From NCBI RefSeq assembly GCF_001194135.2, contig NC_068985.1, forward strand, positions 85,401,739 to 85,465,738: a DNA stretch of 64,000 nucleotides, written 5' to 3'. Source of the DNA: Octopus bimaculoides (taxonomy: Eukaryota). Shown in pieces: positions 39,852 through 53,795 of this stretch. Numbering within the stretch: the stretch's first letter is position 1; the number at the start of each line of letters is the position of its first letter. A model generated the notes under the pieces. That model was given only the letters and a program-made list of their open reading frames with translations, made no database searches and was not told where the DNA came from. The position numbers were made by a program, and so were the translations under genes.

Positions 39852-40599
39852 ATATATATATATATATANNNNNNNNNNNNNNNNNNNNNNNNNNNNNNNN
39901 NNNNNNNNNNNNNNNNNNNNNNNNNNNNNNNNNNNNNNNNNNNNNNNNNNNNNNNNNNNNNNNNNNNNNNNNNNNNNNNNNNNNNNNNNNNNNNNNNNNN
40001 NNNNNNNNNNNNNNNNNNNNNNNNNNNNNNNNNNNNNNNNNNNNNNNNNNNNNNNNNNNNNNNNNNNNNNNNNNNNNNNNNNNNNNNNNNNNNNNNNNNN
40101 NNNNNNNNNNNNNNNNNNNNNNNNNNNNNNNNNNNNNNNNNNNNNNNNNNNNNNNNNNNNNNNNNNNNNNNNNNNNNNNNNNNNNNNNNNNNNNNNNNNN
40201 NNNNNNNNNNNNNNNNNNNNNNNNNNNNNNNNNNNNNNNNNNNNNNNNNNNNNNNNNNNNNNNNNNNNNNNNNNNNNNNNNNNNNNNNNNNNNNNNNNNN
40301 NNNNNNNNNNNNNNNNNNNNNNNNNNNNNNNNNNNNNNNNNNNNNNNNNNNNNNNNNNNNNNNNNNNNNNNNNNNNNNNNNNNNNNNNNNNNNNNNNNNN
40401 NNNNNNNNNNNNNNNNNNNNNNNNNNNNNNNNNNNNNNATGAAACGCTTAGCTGGAGGCCCAACCTTCCAAGTTCTTTTACAGGGTTTAGAGAAACTGAA
40501 GGATGATGCAGTAAGTGTGTGTATCTGAGAGGGGAATATGTTGAATAAAATCAGAATTCACTGATCTTCCTGTTTTTTTTTTTTTTTCCCAAAGCCAGG

Positions 40600-40790
40600 A
40601 ACTTTCCAGAAACCCATTCTTTTATTCCCATGAGATTGAATAAGGATCTTTGCTACCCACTCATACAAAAAAGTGCAAGAGCCAAATTCCAACAGTGAAG
40701 GCCAAGGAGAACTGGTTGATGAGAGCAAAGGAGGCTCCTGAACAAGATGAAGCATCCTATTGAACCAGGGATGATCTGCAACAATTTTGT
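40600..40790 (+). mobile_element. Short fragment of a maT-like transposase
   Basis: AKENWLMRAK / RRLLNKMKHPIEPGM aligns with the EDHLNHTEWLLVNVKNPHEYGL segment of the 44.7-45.8 kb element. Confidence 0.5.
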
Positions 40791-41635
40791 TCCTGGTGGT
40801 TAATTCTATGATTACATAAAGAACATATTTGGTTTATTTCCTTTTTTAGTGGAGGTTGGTTATTTCCATGTAAGTTTGCATATAAATGTGAATTACACTA
40901 CAGCACAGGCATAAGACATAACATGACATACAATGCTTTGGTTTGGAGATTAATGGTAGGAAGGGTATCCAGTTGCAAAAAAAAAACAAAAAAAAAACAT
41001 AAAGCACATCAAGAAATATAAAGAAAAAAGCAAAATGAATTCTTCAACAAGAACTTATCTGATCCATACTATCACAAGAAATCAGAATTAAAAAATAACC
41101 AAAATATTACAAACACACACATATATTTATATATATACTTCTCTTCCAAGCACACAACTGATTTCCTGTCCACTACATGGTTGATTTTCTGTTCACCATG
41201 TAGTATTTTCAAAGTAATTGTTGTCGCTCAAATAACAACATCAAACTGTGACAAAGCATAACATTTCTTGACTAATTGCAGCCCAACCTTCTGCTAATAA
41301 CAATTGACTTTCCCCAAACTGGTCTCTCATTCAAATTTCCTATGCCTCAGCATTAGCATTACACTTTGAAGCTTAAGACACCAAGGAAGTTGAATCAAAC
41401 TGTTTTGATCCATCCATCCATACACACATACGTACCTAGATATGTACATACATATGTACTTACCTACATACATATACACACACACACACACACAAACACA
41501 CACATCCCAAATGCACATGAAGGTGGACACATATATATATATGCTTAATATATATTATGTATATACATAATATGTAATATATACATATTACATACATACG
41601 TATATATATATATCTACATATATGTGTGTGTGTGT

Positions 41636-41701
<66 letters not shown>

Positions 41702-42099
41702 GTTTGTGTGTGTGTGTGTGTATACATCTATGCGTGTGTGTCTTTGTGTCTGTCCCACACCACCACTTGACAACTGGTGTTGGTATGTTTACATCCCCAT
41801 AACTTAGCTGTTCAGCATGAGGGCTGATAAAATAAGTATCAGGCTTTAAAAAATAAGTCCTGGGGCTAATTTATTTGCTTGAAATAAGTAAAAGAATCAG
41901 AAATGTAAATGTTGTCATGCATACATATACATCATCATCATTTAGTGTCTGCTTCCCATGCTTGCTTGGCTAGACTGTTTGACTGGAAGTGATAAACTGG
42001 AGAGCTGTGCCACGTATAAAGGCATCCAGGAAGGACATCCAGTTGGAGAAACCATGTCAAAACAGATAATGGAGTCTTAATTCCAATATCTTTCTTTTT

Positions 42100-42690
42100 C
42101 ATAGGTCACAATTTGGGTGACATGCCAACTACCCGCATTTACCACAAGAATAATTGTCGTCTTTGTTTTCCACAATCTCTTCATCTCTCTCTGGTTAGGT
42201 CCTGGTATGTCTCAGTTTTTTAAAATTCTTTGATATCCCTACTGTTATTATATGGTATTGCGAAGTCTATGATTTTATACTGTCCATTTATTTTGATCTC
42301 TTTAATCATATCTGTCCCCTTGATTCAGTCTCTAGTTTGTGTTCTTTTAGATAACATCCCAATGCACTCTTTTATCTACAGCTATGCCAAAGCTTATACG
42401 CTTTTTGTGTTAGCTTACTGCATCAATTCAGGTGATGTTAATACTTTTGTCTCCCCTTCTGCAGATTCTGTTTCCTGTCTGGCTGAGTTTTATCAATCTT
42501 TATCAGATTTGTCCTGATGACTTGTTCCTGAGTAGCACCTTGGTTTCTTGTTTCAGGTTTCTATCTGTCAGCCGTAACCAGTGTTCTTTACTTCCAAGGT
42601 CCTCAGTTTGTTGCACAGATTGCTCGTGTAATTCTATTTATTCCCATCTGCTTCTTCCATTGTTCTTCCTTCTGGTCTTGAAGTAATCAA
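42100..42690 (-). mobile_element. R4-clade LINE 3' fragment (RLE domain)
   Basis: The minus strand reads ...NLKQET...QEQVIRT... and KIIDFAIPYNNSRDIKEF*KTETYQDLTREMKRLWKTKTTII. Confidence 0.65.
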
Positions 42691-42927
42691 TATTTGCAAG
42701 CATTATTAACTAACTTTACAAGACTGACGGCATTGAACTAACAATTTTAAATACATTTACTTTCTTACTCCACTCTTCTTATTTGTCATAATAAAATCTT
42801 TTGGGATATTTGTAGATTTTCAGATATTTGTTTAGTAGAACAAACAACGTCCAGTATGCAGCCATATCTGGTAACCAGCATTTCAGAATGACCTTAATAT
42901 GATGAACACCAGGTTTATATATACATG

Positions 42928-42994
<67 letters not shown>

Positions 42995-43204
42995 TTCGTT
43001 TTTTTGTATGCTCACAAACAGATAAAAGAAAAAGAACACAGCTCTGATAACAGACAGAGTTAATGACTATTGAAAAGGCTGCAAGATGCAATGAGAATTT
43101 TAGTAGAAATAAATAAGTAAATGAATGGAAATCAAACCGGTGAGTGTGTTAAATTAATAAGGCACTAAAAGAGAAAAACTGTCTCCAGACACAATAATAT
43201 ATAT

Positions 43205-43243
<39 letters not shown>

Positions 43244-43362
43244 TATATGTCTGTGTGTGTATGTATGTATATATATATATATATATATATCATCATACAT
43301 ATTATATGCATATATTTATATGTGTGCGTGATGCTTATATGTGTGTGTGATATGGACAGGTG

Positions 43363-44446
43363 TATAAAGAAGAGCTGATTTCTAATTGTGGAGGGAACCG
43401 TCATAAGGGATAAACTCAGGAAGATGTGGGACAAAGGGGTGAGAAAGGATCTTCAGACAGACGTTGAGCCTCAAAGAGGAGATGACGAGGGACCCAGACT
43501 TCTGGCGATCTGCTCTGCTTGAGAAGATTCATCAAGCTGAGTAAATCAAAGCCATCCATATATACAGGCAGCTCCTTTATGGCCATAACTCCCTTCCCCT
43601 CACACAGACAAGCGCATGCACATGCACACACACACACACAACTCTGTCCTCTGGCAAAAATCCCCTACAACCCATTTTCCCCCCACATCCCCAATGCCAC
43701 TCCTCCAGTTCCGCTCAACATCACTTGCTATCTCTCTCACTCTAATGGAACATCTCCTCTGCACTACTTACACTCCCTGCACCACTGTTTTCTATGTGTG
43801 GGCCTTCTCTCTCTCACTCTGCCTTTCTCTCTTACTTCTATCTGTTTCCTTGCCCAACTAGGGTAGCCATGAATCTCCTCAGTAGTAAGACAGCTATGCC
43901 TGTCCCTCTATCATATTCCAGCCTCTCTCACCTGGCCCATGCTTATTTCTCCAGGTTCCTCACCCTCTCTCAGCTGAGATGTCCTTGTCTTGCAGGCCAC
44001 TTGCCCGGTGAACCCACACGTACTGTTGCCAACATCCTGTCAAAAGGCACTCATGCTGGTGCGACATTAGTGGAATCTGTGCCGGTACCACATAAGGAGC
44101 ACCTAGGCCAGTGCCATGTAAACAACACTCATACTGGGACAACATAGAAAACACTCATACGTGCACTGCATGAAGAGCACTCGTGCTGCCACCATGTAAA
44201 GAACACCCATACCAATGCCACATAAAAAAGTACTCGGGTGTGATGGGTGCTTTTTACATGGTGCCAGCGCCCATACAGGTGCCACATAAAAAGCACCCAG
44301 TACACTCTGTAAAATGGTTGGTGTTAGGAAGGGCAGCCAACCATAGAAATCATATCAAAACTGATGACTAGAGCCTAGGATAGTCTCTTGTCAAACCATC
44401 CAACCCATGCCAGCATGGGAAACAGGCATTAAATTATGATAATGAG
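43363..44446 (+). mobile_element. RTE-clade LINE 3' end with pyrimidine-rich UTR and expanded 26-nt tandem array
   Basis: An ORF2 C-terminal remnant (VEGT..R..RKMWD) is followed by a CT-rich UTR like the 26.5-27.2 kb copy, the array at 44079-44301, and the shared terminal module. Confidence 0.75.
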
Positions 44447-44653
44447 GAGATATATATATATATATATATAATTTGATTTTCTTGTTTTGTATCTTTCTCT
44501 TTTGCATAAATTATTTGAAATATTAAGCAATAACACAATTTCTTTGTTGTATATTCTTTCCCTTATATTGATATTTGCATCAAGCTGAGTTGTGTCTTTG
44601 AAATATTCCTTTAAGTGTGTGTATGTCTATATATATATATATATATATTCATA

Positions 44654-45793
44654 CAGAGTGTGAGGTGTACTTGAGGACGCTTAATTATCAGTATATTACT
44701 TTTTCAAATCAATCAACAGGTTTCTTTTAGAAACCTCATGGCAGATAAATTGTTAATACAAGAAATGAAAAGATATGCAGTTATTGTTGCCACATGTGTG
44801 AAACACAGCAATTTAGAAATTGCTAACTTTCTAAATGCTGTAAGATGTTTTGTATACAAAGTTCCAGTGGAATTGGAATCCTCTGGTAGGAATGTTTCAA
44901 TTCTATCAAAGAGAAAAAAACATCTTAAACACTATAAGGACACTGCATCCAATGAATTCAAAACATTGTCAAAGATGATTCTGGAAAATCAATGAAGGCC
45001 ATCGTTAAAGGGTTTCAAGTGTTGGAGTGGACTATTAGAACTGTGGTGCATAAGAACATTCAGTACTTGTTGTGCGTACTGAAGAAAGGCCAATTTATGT
45101 CTGCAAAGACACAGGAGGATCATTTGAATCATACTGAGTGGTTACTTGTAAATGTTAAAAATCCTCATGAATATGGCTTGCTTTGTTTCTTCTCTGATCA
45201 GAAAAAAATTCAATTATGGCCAAAAATCTAACAGCTTTAAATAAAAAATTTACAGATCCTGCTGATGTTTCCCATAATGAAGCACACCAAGTTTCCAGCT
45301 GTGATCATTCTAGGAGTGGTGAGTAATGATGGTCATGTCATGCTACCTCACATCTTTCCATTGGTTCTTAGAATTAATGCTACTGGATTCAGACAGTTGT
45401 TAAGCCTTGGATTGATGAAGTACATAGTAGAAGACCATATGTATTTCAACAAAACTCAGCACCTTCCCACAAAGCCAATGTAGCCCAAGAATGGATGTCA
45501 GACAAACTTGAAAGAAGTAAATCTTGTGTTCGGAGCACTGTTGGAAGGGAGACTGATCAACATCCTTACAATGATATAGCAGCACTGAAGGCTCCCATTG
45601 TCCAGATGATGTCCGAAAATGTATAAGGATCACTTAGGGCAGGCATATCAACAATTCTGGTCCTGCATTGAAGCAATGAAGATGGATTCAGAGAATAAGT
45701 ACACACAGTTTTATTAAAATGTATTTGGGTTTTGCTAAATTAGAGTTATTTTATTTATTATCAGCTATGTCCTCAAATACTTCTTATACCCAG
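44654..45793 (+). mobile_element. Tc1/mariner-superfamily element, maT/DD37D-like, decayed
   Basis: TA-flanked degenerate TIRs (21/28 match including flanks). Remnants: WTIRTVVHKNIQY, LCFFSDQK, HTKFPAVIILGVVSNDGHVM, YFQQNSAPSHKA. Confidence 0.8.
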
Positions 45794-46697
45794 TATGTGT
45801 GAGTGTGTTGTGTGTGTGTGTTTGTGAGTGTGTCTGAGTGAGTTAGTGTGCATGAGGAAAGGATGTAAACAGTAGTGACAAAGCTGGAGAAATTTCTTTA
45901 AAATCCCATATAATATTTGTTCTACACTGAGTAACATATACTCTCTTGGAACCAATAATGATATTGCTCACCAACAGAGCTATTAAATAACATCGGTGTG
46001 TGTGTGTGTGCGTACATATATGAGCAGTATATATGATTATGTTTGACTTTTTTTTGAAAATGGACAAATAAGTTTGTCATAGAAATGACTATGATGAAAG
46101 TTTCACAGTGGAAAGCGGGTATTAAAGCTAGTTGCTGATTGTGTCATAGGGTAAGGGCAACCCTGGATCATTGCAGACTTAAATGAATGTGACTTTGAAA
46201 ATTTGCGACATAGTAGCAAAGTTGTAAAAGCAAAAGTACTGAAGTGTTTTCATAAAGATAATCATTTCTGTTTGCTATACGATGACATATATCTATAAAA
46301 GAACCTGTACCTGTGCAAGGGTTAGAATGCATGTGTGTGTCTTTGTGGAGGTTGTAATCCCTGGAGTCCATCAGAAAATACTGATTAAACTGTGAAGTGT
46401 ATACATAAAGAAAGAAAACGTTAGCAGCTTGACCAATATATACGTCACAGTTCCAGTGACTTAACTCTGGTATACAGATTATGGAATTACAGGTATCATT
46501 GATGATGATATGGAATATAAACAATTCCTTTGATATATTCTTTTCAAATGGTTTAATATATGTCCTGAAAACTCATTTTACAATTACTCCATACCACCAT
46601 CATCATCACTACTACTACTACCATGTTGATGCTTGATCACTGGGTGAGTAAGGTTTATATTTTCAACATGCATCATTAATCTTCTTCAGTTACTCAC

Positions 46698-46808
46698 CTG
46701 AGTCAGTGTTTTTATATCTATGGTATATCACACAAGCTAAAATAATGATTAAAATGACTGCTACACTTCCTACGGCGCCACCAATTATATATGGCATTGG
46801 TAAGACAT
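46698..46808 (-). CDS. kirre: Kirre/Neph-like exon, transmembrane helix (not in ORF track)
   Basis: Acceptor ctttcttctattgcag|AT. Reads DVLPMPYIIGGAVGSVAVILIIILACVIYHRYKNTDS, then G|gtgagt. Length 111 nt, phase 1-1, in frame with Ig5. A hydrophobic run is followed by basic HRYK. Confidence 0.9.
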
Positions 46809-47444
46809 CTGCAATAGAAGAAAGAGCATTAGCAACAGTGTTGAGAGAGTTCTTTTGATGTAAAAGGTAAAATTTATTGAGTATTTGTCAGTAACGAGAA
46901 TGTCATATGAGTATTTCATGGAAATTACAATGGTGACATTGATTTGAAGATAGGTTGTTGTATCCACAGTAAACTAGACCTTTGTGAGTGAACATCAAAA
47001 TCATCATCATTTTACAATTTTATTCTTTTATTACTGGCCTTAATCATTGGCTTGTGGCCATGCTGGAGCACCACCAACAAGTGCTTCAGTAAAATAGTTA
47101 CATCAATATGCATATATTTATGTCTGCTGCTCATTTTATCAAACCCTGCTCATTGAATGGCTAAGTTAACTTGTTTTTAGACAGCTGTCTTCCTTTAGTG
47201 ATATTAATCCTATTTCTCTTTATTTATAGAAGTTGAGATAGTTATGGCTTCTACAATTAAGAAGATTAAGGGTATATATGAAGTGAAATTGTTGCTACCA
47301 AGAATCAAAACCAATTTTGCAAATTTGGATCTCTGTTTAAGAAATAACCAGAAGACCATTGTTTAATAAAACAAACAACTTTTGAATTTTTTCTATCCAA
47401 AGGATTTTTCATCTCAATATTTATCTGCTACTATTTACAGCTTT

Positions 47445-47640
47445 CTGGCAGATTCATTAGCATGCCAGACAAAATGCTTAGTGATATTTCATCTGTCTTT
47501 ACATTCTGAGTTCAAATTCCACTAAGGTCGATTTTGCTTATCATCCTTTCGGGGTTGATACCAGTCAAGTATTGGGGTCGGTGTGATTGACTGTAACTCC
47601 TCCCCACAAAATTCCAGGCAGTGTGACTATAGCAGAAAGC
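47445..47640 (+). mobile_element. tRNA-derived SINE, same family
   Basis: Aligns along its length with 11017-11205. Confidence 0.78.
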
Positions 47641-47840
47641 ATTATTTATAACTTTTATACAATCAGTTCAATTGTTGAAAATGAGTTATTTCTAGGATCT
47701 CTCAAAAGTTTATAAATTCTTATGATGTGATGTTAACAACATATGGATGTACAAGCTTGGTCATGTGGTTCATTTAATGTAAACATGTGGGAGAAATATG
47801 TGCAGCTTTCGCTAGGGACTGTATATAATGGAGACTCACA

Positions 47841-47869
<29 letters not shown>

Positions 47870-47874
<5 letters not shown>

Positions 47875-48570
47875 GAGTCCTGGACAGTCTCCCAGCGTCA
47901 TGCCAGGAGGCTGAACCACTTTGATACAACAAGTCTCAGAAAACTTCTCGGCATAAAGTAGCAGTACAGGATCCCGGNNNNNNNNNNCAGCGTCATGCCA
48001 GGAGGCTGAACCACTTTGATACAACAAGTCTCAGAAAACTTCTCGGCATAAAGTAGCAGTACAGGATCCCGGACACCGAGGTACTAATACATGCTAACCT
48101 GCTCAGCATCCATACCATCTTGATGCAGTCTCAGCTTCGCTGGGCAGGGCACGTAGCTCACATGTCAGATGATCGACTACCAAAAAGATTGCTCTTTGGC
48201 GAGCTGCAAAAGGGAAAGCGCTCACAAGGCGGCCAGAAGAAGCGCTTTAAGGACACACTGAAAGCCTCACTAAAAGCCTTCAACATCGACCATGCAACTT
48301 GGGAGCAGTCTGCTCTGGACAGAGAAAGGTGGCGATCAGCTGTCCACATGTGAGACCAATAGGATCGCTGCTGCAGAAGACTGCAGACAAGCCAGGAAGA
48401 ACAGAGCTAACAACTCTGTAGTAGGCGTTACCATTCCCTGTCCACACTGTCAAAGACACTTTCAGGCGCAGATTGGCCTCACTAGCCATCTGCTGACCCA
48501 CAAAAAAAGCCCACCTCCACCCCATAGGATGAATAGAGGGTCTTCGTCGCATCGACAGACAAACCACACA
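47870..48570 (+). mobile_element. RTE (BovB/RTE-X-like) LINE 3' end with C-terminal C2H2 finger
   Basis: QSQLRWAGHVAHMSDDRLPKRLLFGELQKGKRSQGGQKKRFKDTLKASLK, then IPCPHCQRHFQAQIGLTSHLLTH. Confidence 0.88.
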
Positions 48571-48964
48571 TGTATGTATGTATGTATGTATGTATAGCAG
48601 CATAATAAAAAGAAAGTTCTTGGTACAATATCATATATTTGAAAAAATGAGTAGAGATCGTTTTTTTGTGGGGCATAATTTTTGTTTTAAATAATAATAT
48701 TTCGAGTGAGTTACTCTGTTNNNNNNNNNNNNNNNNNNNNNNNNNNNNNNNNNNNNNNNNNNNNNNNNNNNNNNNNNNNNNNNNNNNNNNNNNNNNNNNN
48801 NNNNNNNNNNNNNNNNNNNNNNNNNNNNNNNNNNNNNNNNNNNNNNNNNNNNNNNNNNNNNNNNNNNNNNNNNNNNNNNNNNNNNNNNNNNNNNNNNNNN
48901 NNNNNNNNNNNNNNNNNNNNNNNNNNNNNNNNNNNNNNNNNNNNNNNNNNNNNNNNNNNNNNNN

Positions 48965-49002
<38 letters not shown>

Positions 49003-51239
49003 AGAATAGATTATAATTTTTTATGAATAGTACAAAAATTGTAGAATCTAGGGAGTGTTTTCTTTTTTGAATAACAATGATTTTATTTGGAAGTTATTCA
49101 GTGTAGAAGGGGCAATTCTTATGACCTTTGCACCCTTCCCAGAGAGGTGAGACTGATGCAGCTAATGTACATTCTGAACATCACAAGCAGGTAAATGCCT
49201 GCAAGAAAAAAATCAGTGGGAAGGGAACTGACAGTCTAAGGCAAATGTTCCCACCAGAATAAAGGAACACACGTAGCAAGAAGTAGAGTGAAACTGAGGT
49301 CTACCACAAAATAACTAATTGAATTTAAGAGGCTGATATATTGTGTGGTTTTCTTGTGGAATTGAAATCAGTCAACAAACCTCTTGTGAATTCCACAAAA
49401 CTGTCAGCTTATTGTTTACAGTGGCAAGTTATATCCAGAACTCCAGAACTCACTTACAACTAAGAGGATCTGTTGATTGAGTTATAGATGTCTTGGCCAC
49501 AAACACAACATTGTGTAGAGTCAGTGGTTAAATGAACTGCCAAATGTCTTTGCTGATCATCTACTGGCCTAATGGCTCAGTTGTCACTGCTTTAATTGAA
49601 GGGTGTATATGAAGGAAGTGTATATATGAAAAGAAAATCTTTCTGTTTGGATCCTAATCCTCTCCATAAAAATGTTTTCATTTACACTTTTTCATATATC
49701 TGTGAGAGATATTAAATAGCTGATGTACAAAACTGAACGAAAGTATTGAGTTCTATTCAACTTGTTTGTACTACTAAACTTATGTGTCTGTGTATGTTTA
49801 TATTCCATGCTGTCACTGCTTGAGTGAAGAAATACCGATGTTGCCATTATGGTCAATTACTTAGTGCAATTAAAAATCAGTTGAAACAAAGAAATCTCTT
49901 ATGTGAAAAGCAGTTAAGAACTGATGGCAGGAAGAATGTTTGGTGGAAAAATCTTGCCTCAAATTATTTCCTTCAAAACCCATTCTAGCATGGAAAAATG
50001 AACATTAAAATGAACTAATAAATAATTATGCCAAAGAAATTGAATGAACTCAGTAAATTATTTTTGCTAATTTTACTGTCCTTGAAGAAAGTGAAAGTAG
50101 AGCTGTAGATGTTTAAACTTATGTAAAAACTAACACTTCCTTCAAGCTTAGATTCGAAACCGAATCTGAGCCACCACTGATAAAACAGGCACAAAAGAAA
50201 TTCAACAAATTAATGTAGTGGAAACATGTGTATAACACCAGCAAATGCAGGTCCCGTAAATAAATCATTTAAACTTTAAAAAGATGTTATTCATTTGTTT
50301 ATTTTGAAGGCAACCACATTCCTATCGCATTTGTTTACCTCAACACATTCTGAGACACTTTTTCCACTACACTTACATCAACCCTAATCAAGCATCTTTT
50401 TTTAATTAAAGATTGTCCATGCAATCTTTATTTTAGCCAGTGTTAGAGGTTCTGAAATGTGTCTGTGTCTTTATTTTAAAATGGTAGACTGAGTTAATTG
50501 CTGTTTCTAGCCTGATGAATGGTTGTGTACCTTTTTTAAATTGGTTTACATAATGTTACTAGGTTCAACATCTCTCTAGATCCTTAATGTCTATAGTGTA
50601 AATCCTGTTTGCTGTAAGTATTCAAAGCAGATCCCCTGTTTGAAGATAACTCAATATCTTGATGTGCTACTTCCCTTCTGCCACACTCCATGAATGACAA
50701 AAGCCTTTTGCAAGTCATGGTTAATTGCTGTTTTAATTATCCTTGCAAATGCATTACATAAACGAGTCATTCTATCCTTGATTTTTATTTCTTTATTGAT
50801 TCTTTTTCATGAGCCAGAGTGAGAGTTTCTATATGGTCACTTGACCTGCTAAAAATAATAAGTATATATTCCTCAAAATCACATATTATTGTCTTAAAAA
50901 GGATAATACACATGTGGGTTCCTTATGTCGAATTAAGAAGAAGTTAATGGGATGGTCATGGTTGGTATATTTTGATCACAGATTCGTTCACTCAGGATAG
51001 ACCCAAGGCTAAAGAACAGCATAAAGACTTCACTTTTTTTATATATGATGTATTAAGCAACAAAATATTCTATGTGCTCACTAAACTTGACATAACCTGA
51101 CTAATCTGATTGACCATGGTAGCAAAAATAGTTGCAGAGACTCTTGAGGCCAACATATGAACCTTCTTTGTGAGCACTCAACATGCTATAAATAGCAACT
51201 AATTCTCTCTCAAATCACACCTTTTTTTAAAAATTTTAA

Positions 51240-51563
51240 TGTCCATTTACTATGCTGAGCAGTTAAATCTTCCTCAAATTACATCATACTGTCTTAAAAA
51301 GGTTACATTGGATATTGTAGCTGTCCATTTACTGTATCTGAATAAAAAATGGGTTACAGCATCTTTGATTGCAGGTTTACTCAATTGGAGTTGACCTGAT
51401 GCTTCACAACAATCACAGAAAAGGCATGACACATTGGATAATGGAGCTCCACAGCATAATGTAGTCCTACATATGATATGTTTGAAATAAATAGAGATGA
51501 TCATAGCTTGAGCGTCTTTGATCAAGTCTTCTTATTGAAAGCTGACCTAGGGTTTAACAACAA
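51240..51563 (+). mobile_element. Tandem partial copies of a SINE-like repeat with (CAA)n tail
   Basis: The module actgtcttaaaaa...acattggata...tttgatca...gctgacct...aacaacaac occurs twice. Related copies lie near 8080, 10040, 12400-12610, 26240 and 50840-51030. Confidence 0.6.
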
Positions 51564-51630
51564 CTACTTAAGGAGACAGCTTTGTTTTTGAAAGAAGTGA
51601 CAAAAGAATTATTCTGAGATGGACACTTAC

Positions 51631-51927
51631 CTTTCTCAGCCAGTGTAATAATGGCTATATCTTCACCATATTTGTTGGCCACACTGCAGTTGTAACTGCC
51701 AAAATCCTCTTTGTGGACTTTAAGGATTTCTAATGTGCTCTTCATACCATATGGTAATTCTTCATTATTCGTTGAAAAACGGTCTGAGTTTGTATTATCA
51801 AGTGTTCTGCCATTCTTCATCCAATACATACTGACTGGTTTCGGGACGGATATAGCAATACATTCAATGTGTGCTGTTTTCTCTTGACTTGTATAAAATT
51901 TTCCGTCACTCATAATGCGAGGAGGAC
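51631..51927 (-). CDS. kirre: Kirre/Neph-like exon, Ig domain 5
   Basis: Acceptor ttttcag|GT. Reads GPPRIMSDGKFYTSQEKTAHIECIAISVPKPVSMYWMKNG...STLEILKVHKEDFGSYNCSVANKYGEDIAIITLAEK, then G|gtaag. Length 297 nt, phase 1-1. The GPP linker and DFGxYNC motif are typical of Neph/Kirre Ig5. Confidence 0.92.
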
Positions 51928-53297
51928 CTGAAAATTACAAAAAATTAATAAATAAGAATTATATGAAAATATATGCGTGGATTGGGAAGAACACACACAC
52001 ATGCATGAAGTTGACTGACAAAGAAGAAAATGGAAGGTGGGGAACTTGTGTCTCTTGCTGTATACTTATGATGAACTCTCTTGGCAATAGATTTTTTGGA
52101 CTATAACCATTGAAGAAAGAATGCAGTTTCTTAATCTTCCCTATTTTAAAAAAAAAGAAACATTCTTTTCTTCTTTCATGTTAGAATATATTTTGAATAG
52201 TTTTGCTCTAATTTCAACTATAAGCAAAAGTGTTGATTATGGAAGAGTTGTGGTTGAAAGATAAGAGTGCTTAGTATTCAAAAGGAGAGAAATTCATTGT
52301 AGAGAAAGACCAAGAAAGATACGTGAATACATGGGTGATATCAAATCTTAAATCTAAGATTTCAAGTATCACCTCCATGTATTTGCATAACTCTGCTGTA
52401 GACTTATTTAACCAGTGCCAATATAAGGGGAAAAGTGCATGATAATGATGATTTGTTGTTGATAATAATGTTTTATATTTTCACAGGGATTCAGGAAGTA
52501 CATCTGTTTGACTTCTTTCTTATTGAACACAGGCAAGCTCCAACAATCAACATCTGATGTTGATACCCAACTGAAACTATTTCACTTCTTACCCTTCCTC
52601 ATTAATGTCTCTTAGATAGGCATGAATGCTACACAATCTCATTTTACCTTCTCAATAAAGCCAAGAGTCATATGCCCAGACTGAAATCAAATCTTATAGC
52701 TTAAAACAGTTATAGCAATTACTTAGTTGAAAAACCATTTTAGCTATTTCAGAGCAAACAAAAATTTTCACATTTTCACCTTTTCATTTAGTTGAGGGTG
52801 CCAAAATGTTATCACATTTGTCAATTAATATTAATACAATTCAACTACAGCTGTTGAAAATTAGTTACTGGGGAGTTTTACAAGTTTCAGATGGTTTTCA
52901 TTACTTTTTTTTTTTTGCTCTTGTTGTTGAATGTTTAAGGCTGACTGTATAGTTGTTATTTCACATTTTGAAGTGAGTGGCCATGTTTCACTATTTAAGA
53001 TCAACTTTTCCTGTTTACCAGTCAATTGTGTTCCATTATCCCTGTTCATCTTTTCTTTACTTTTTTTTTTTTTTTTGGTGGGGTTTGATTTTGATAGTAC
53101 AGAAATTTAGTTGACCATGCATACACAAAGTATGTTTGAAATATCTAACATCTTCTGTTCTAAAACAAACCATAGATCTGCTCAACCAAAACTGACCCGT
53201 GTTTCAACAAAAACTTGCTTTAACATTCCTTTTTAGGTTTGAACTACTACACGACTGATTTTAAAACCACTGAAATACAGGAAGCAGCATGACTTAC

Positions 53298-53552
53298 CAT
53301 TCTTTAAAAGCAGTACTTCTCGACTGATTTCACTAAAACCAACAACTGTGGCAGTACAATAGTAGGTGCCTAGGTCTGCATCATTGACTTCTACAAGCTC
53401 CAAGGTCGAACCACTTCCCAAGATATTATGGGAACCTTTTTTCCGCCAAATGATGCTCGGTTGAGGATTACCATCAGCTTCACACTTCAGCTTAGCATTC
53501 TCTCTCGGGTCTACTGCTACATGACTACTAGCACTAATAAAACGTGGACCGT
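53298..53552 (-). CDS. kirre: Kirre/Neph-like exon, Ig domain 4
   Basis: Acceptor ccctgacag|AC completes TAC (Y) with the previous exon. Reads YGPRFISASSHVAVDPRENAKLKCEADGNPQPSIIWRKKGSHNILGSGSTLELVEVNDADLGTYYCTATVVGFSEISREVLLLKN, then G|gtaag. Length 255 nt, phase 1-1. Confidence 0.92.
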
Positions 53553-53752
53553 CTGTCAGGGAGAAAGACAAAGAAGAGATGAAAAGAATCTGGTAAAAGC
53601 TCAATATACTGAAATATATGTACATATATAAAATTGTTCATACACACACACACATGCAGATACATGGATACATACCTGTATAGATACATGTAACTATACA
53701 TACATATAAATACAGTCTTTAAAAACTGAAGATGTGGCATATATGTATCTGT

Positions 53753-53795
<43 letters not shown>

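Noticed and set aside
44079-44301. CRISPR-like appearance of the 26-nt array
   Set aside because: Units are contiguous and degenerate with no unique spacers or cas genes, and they sit in a LINE 3'UTR.
46168-46524. 118-aa minus-strand ORF just after the TM exon
   Set aside because: No recognisable motif and no convincing in-phase splice pair. The real next exon fits at 32716-32867.
47893-48072. Exact 85-bp direct repeat around a 10-N gap
   Set aside because: Identical copies on either side of a minimal gap indicate an unmerged contig overlap.
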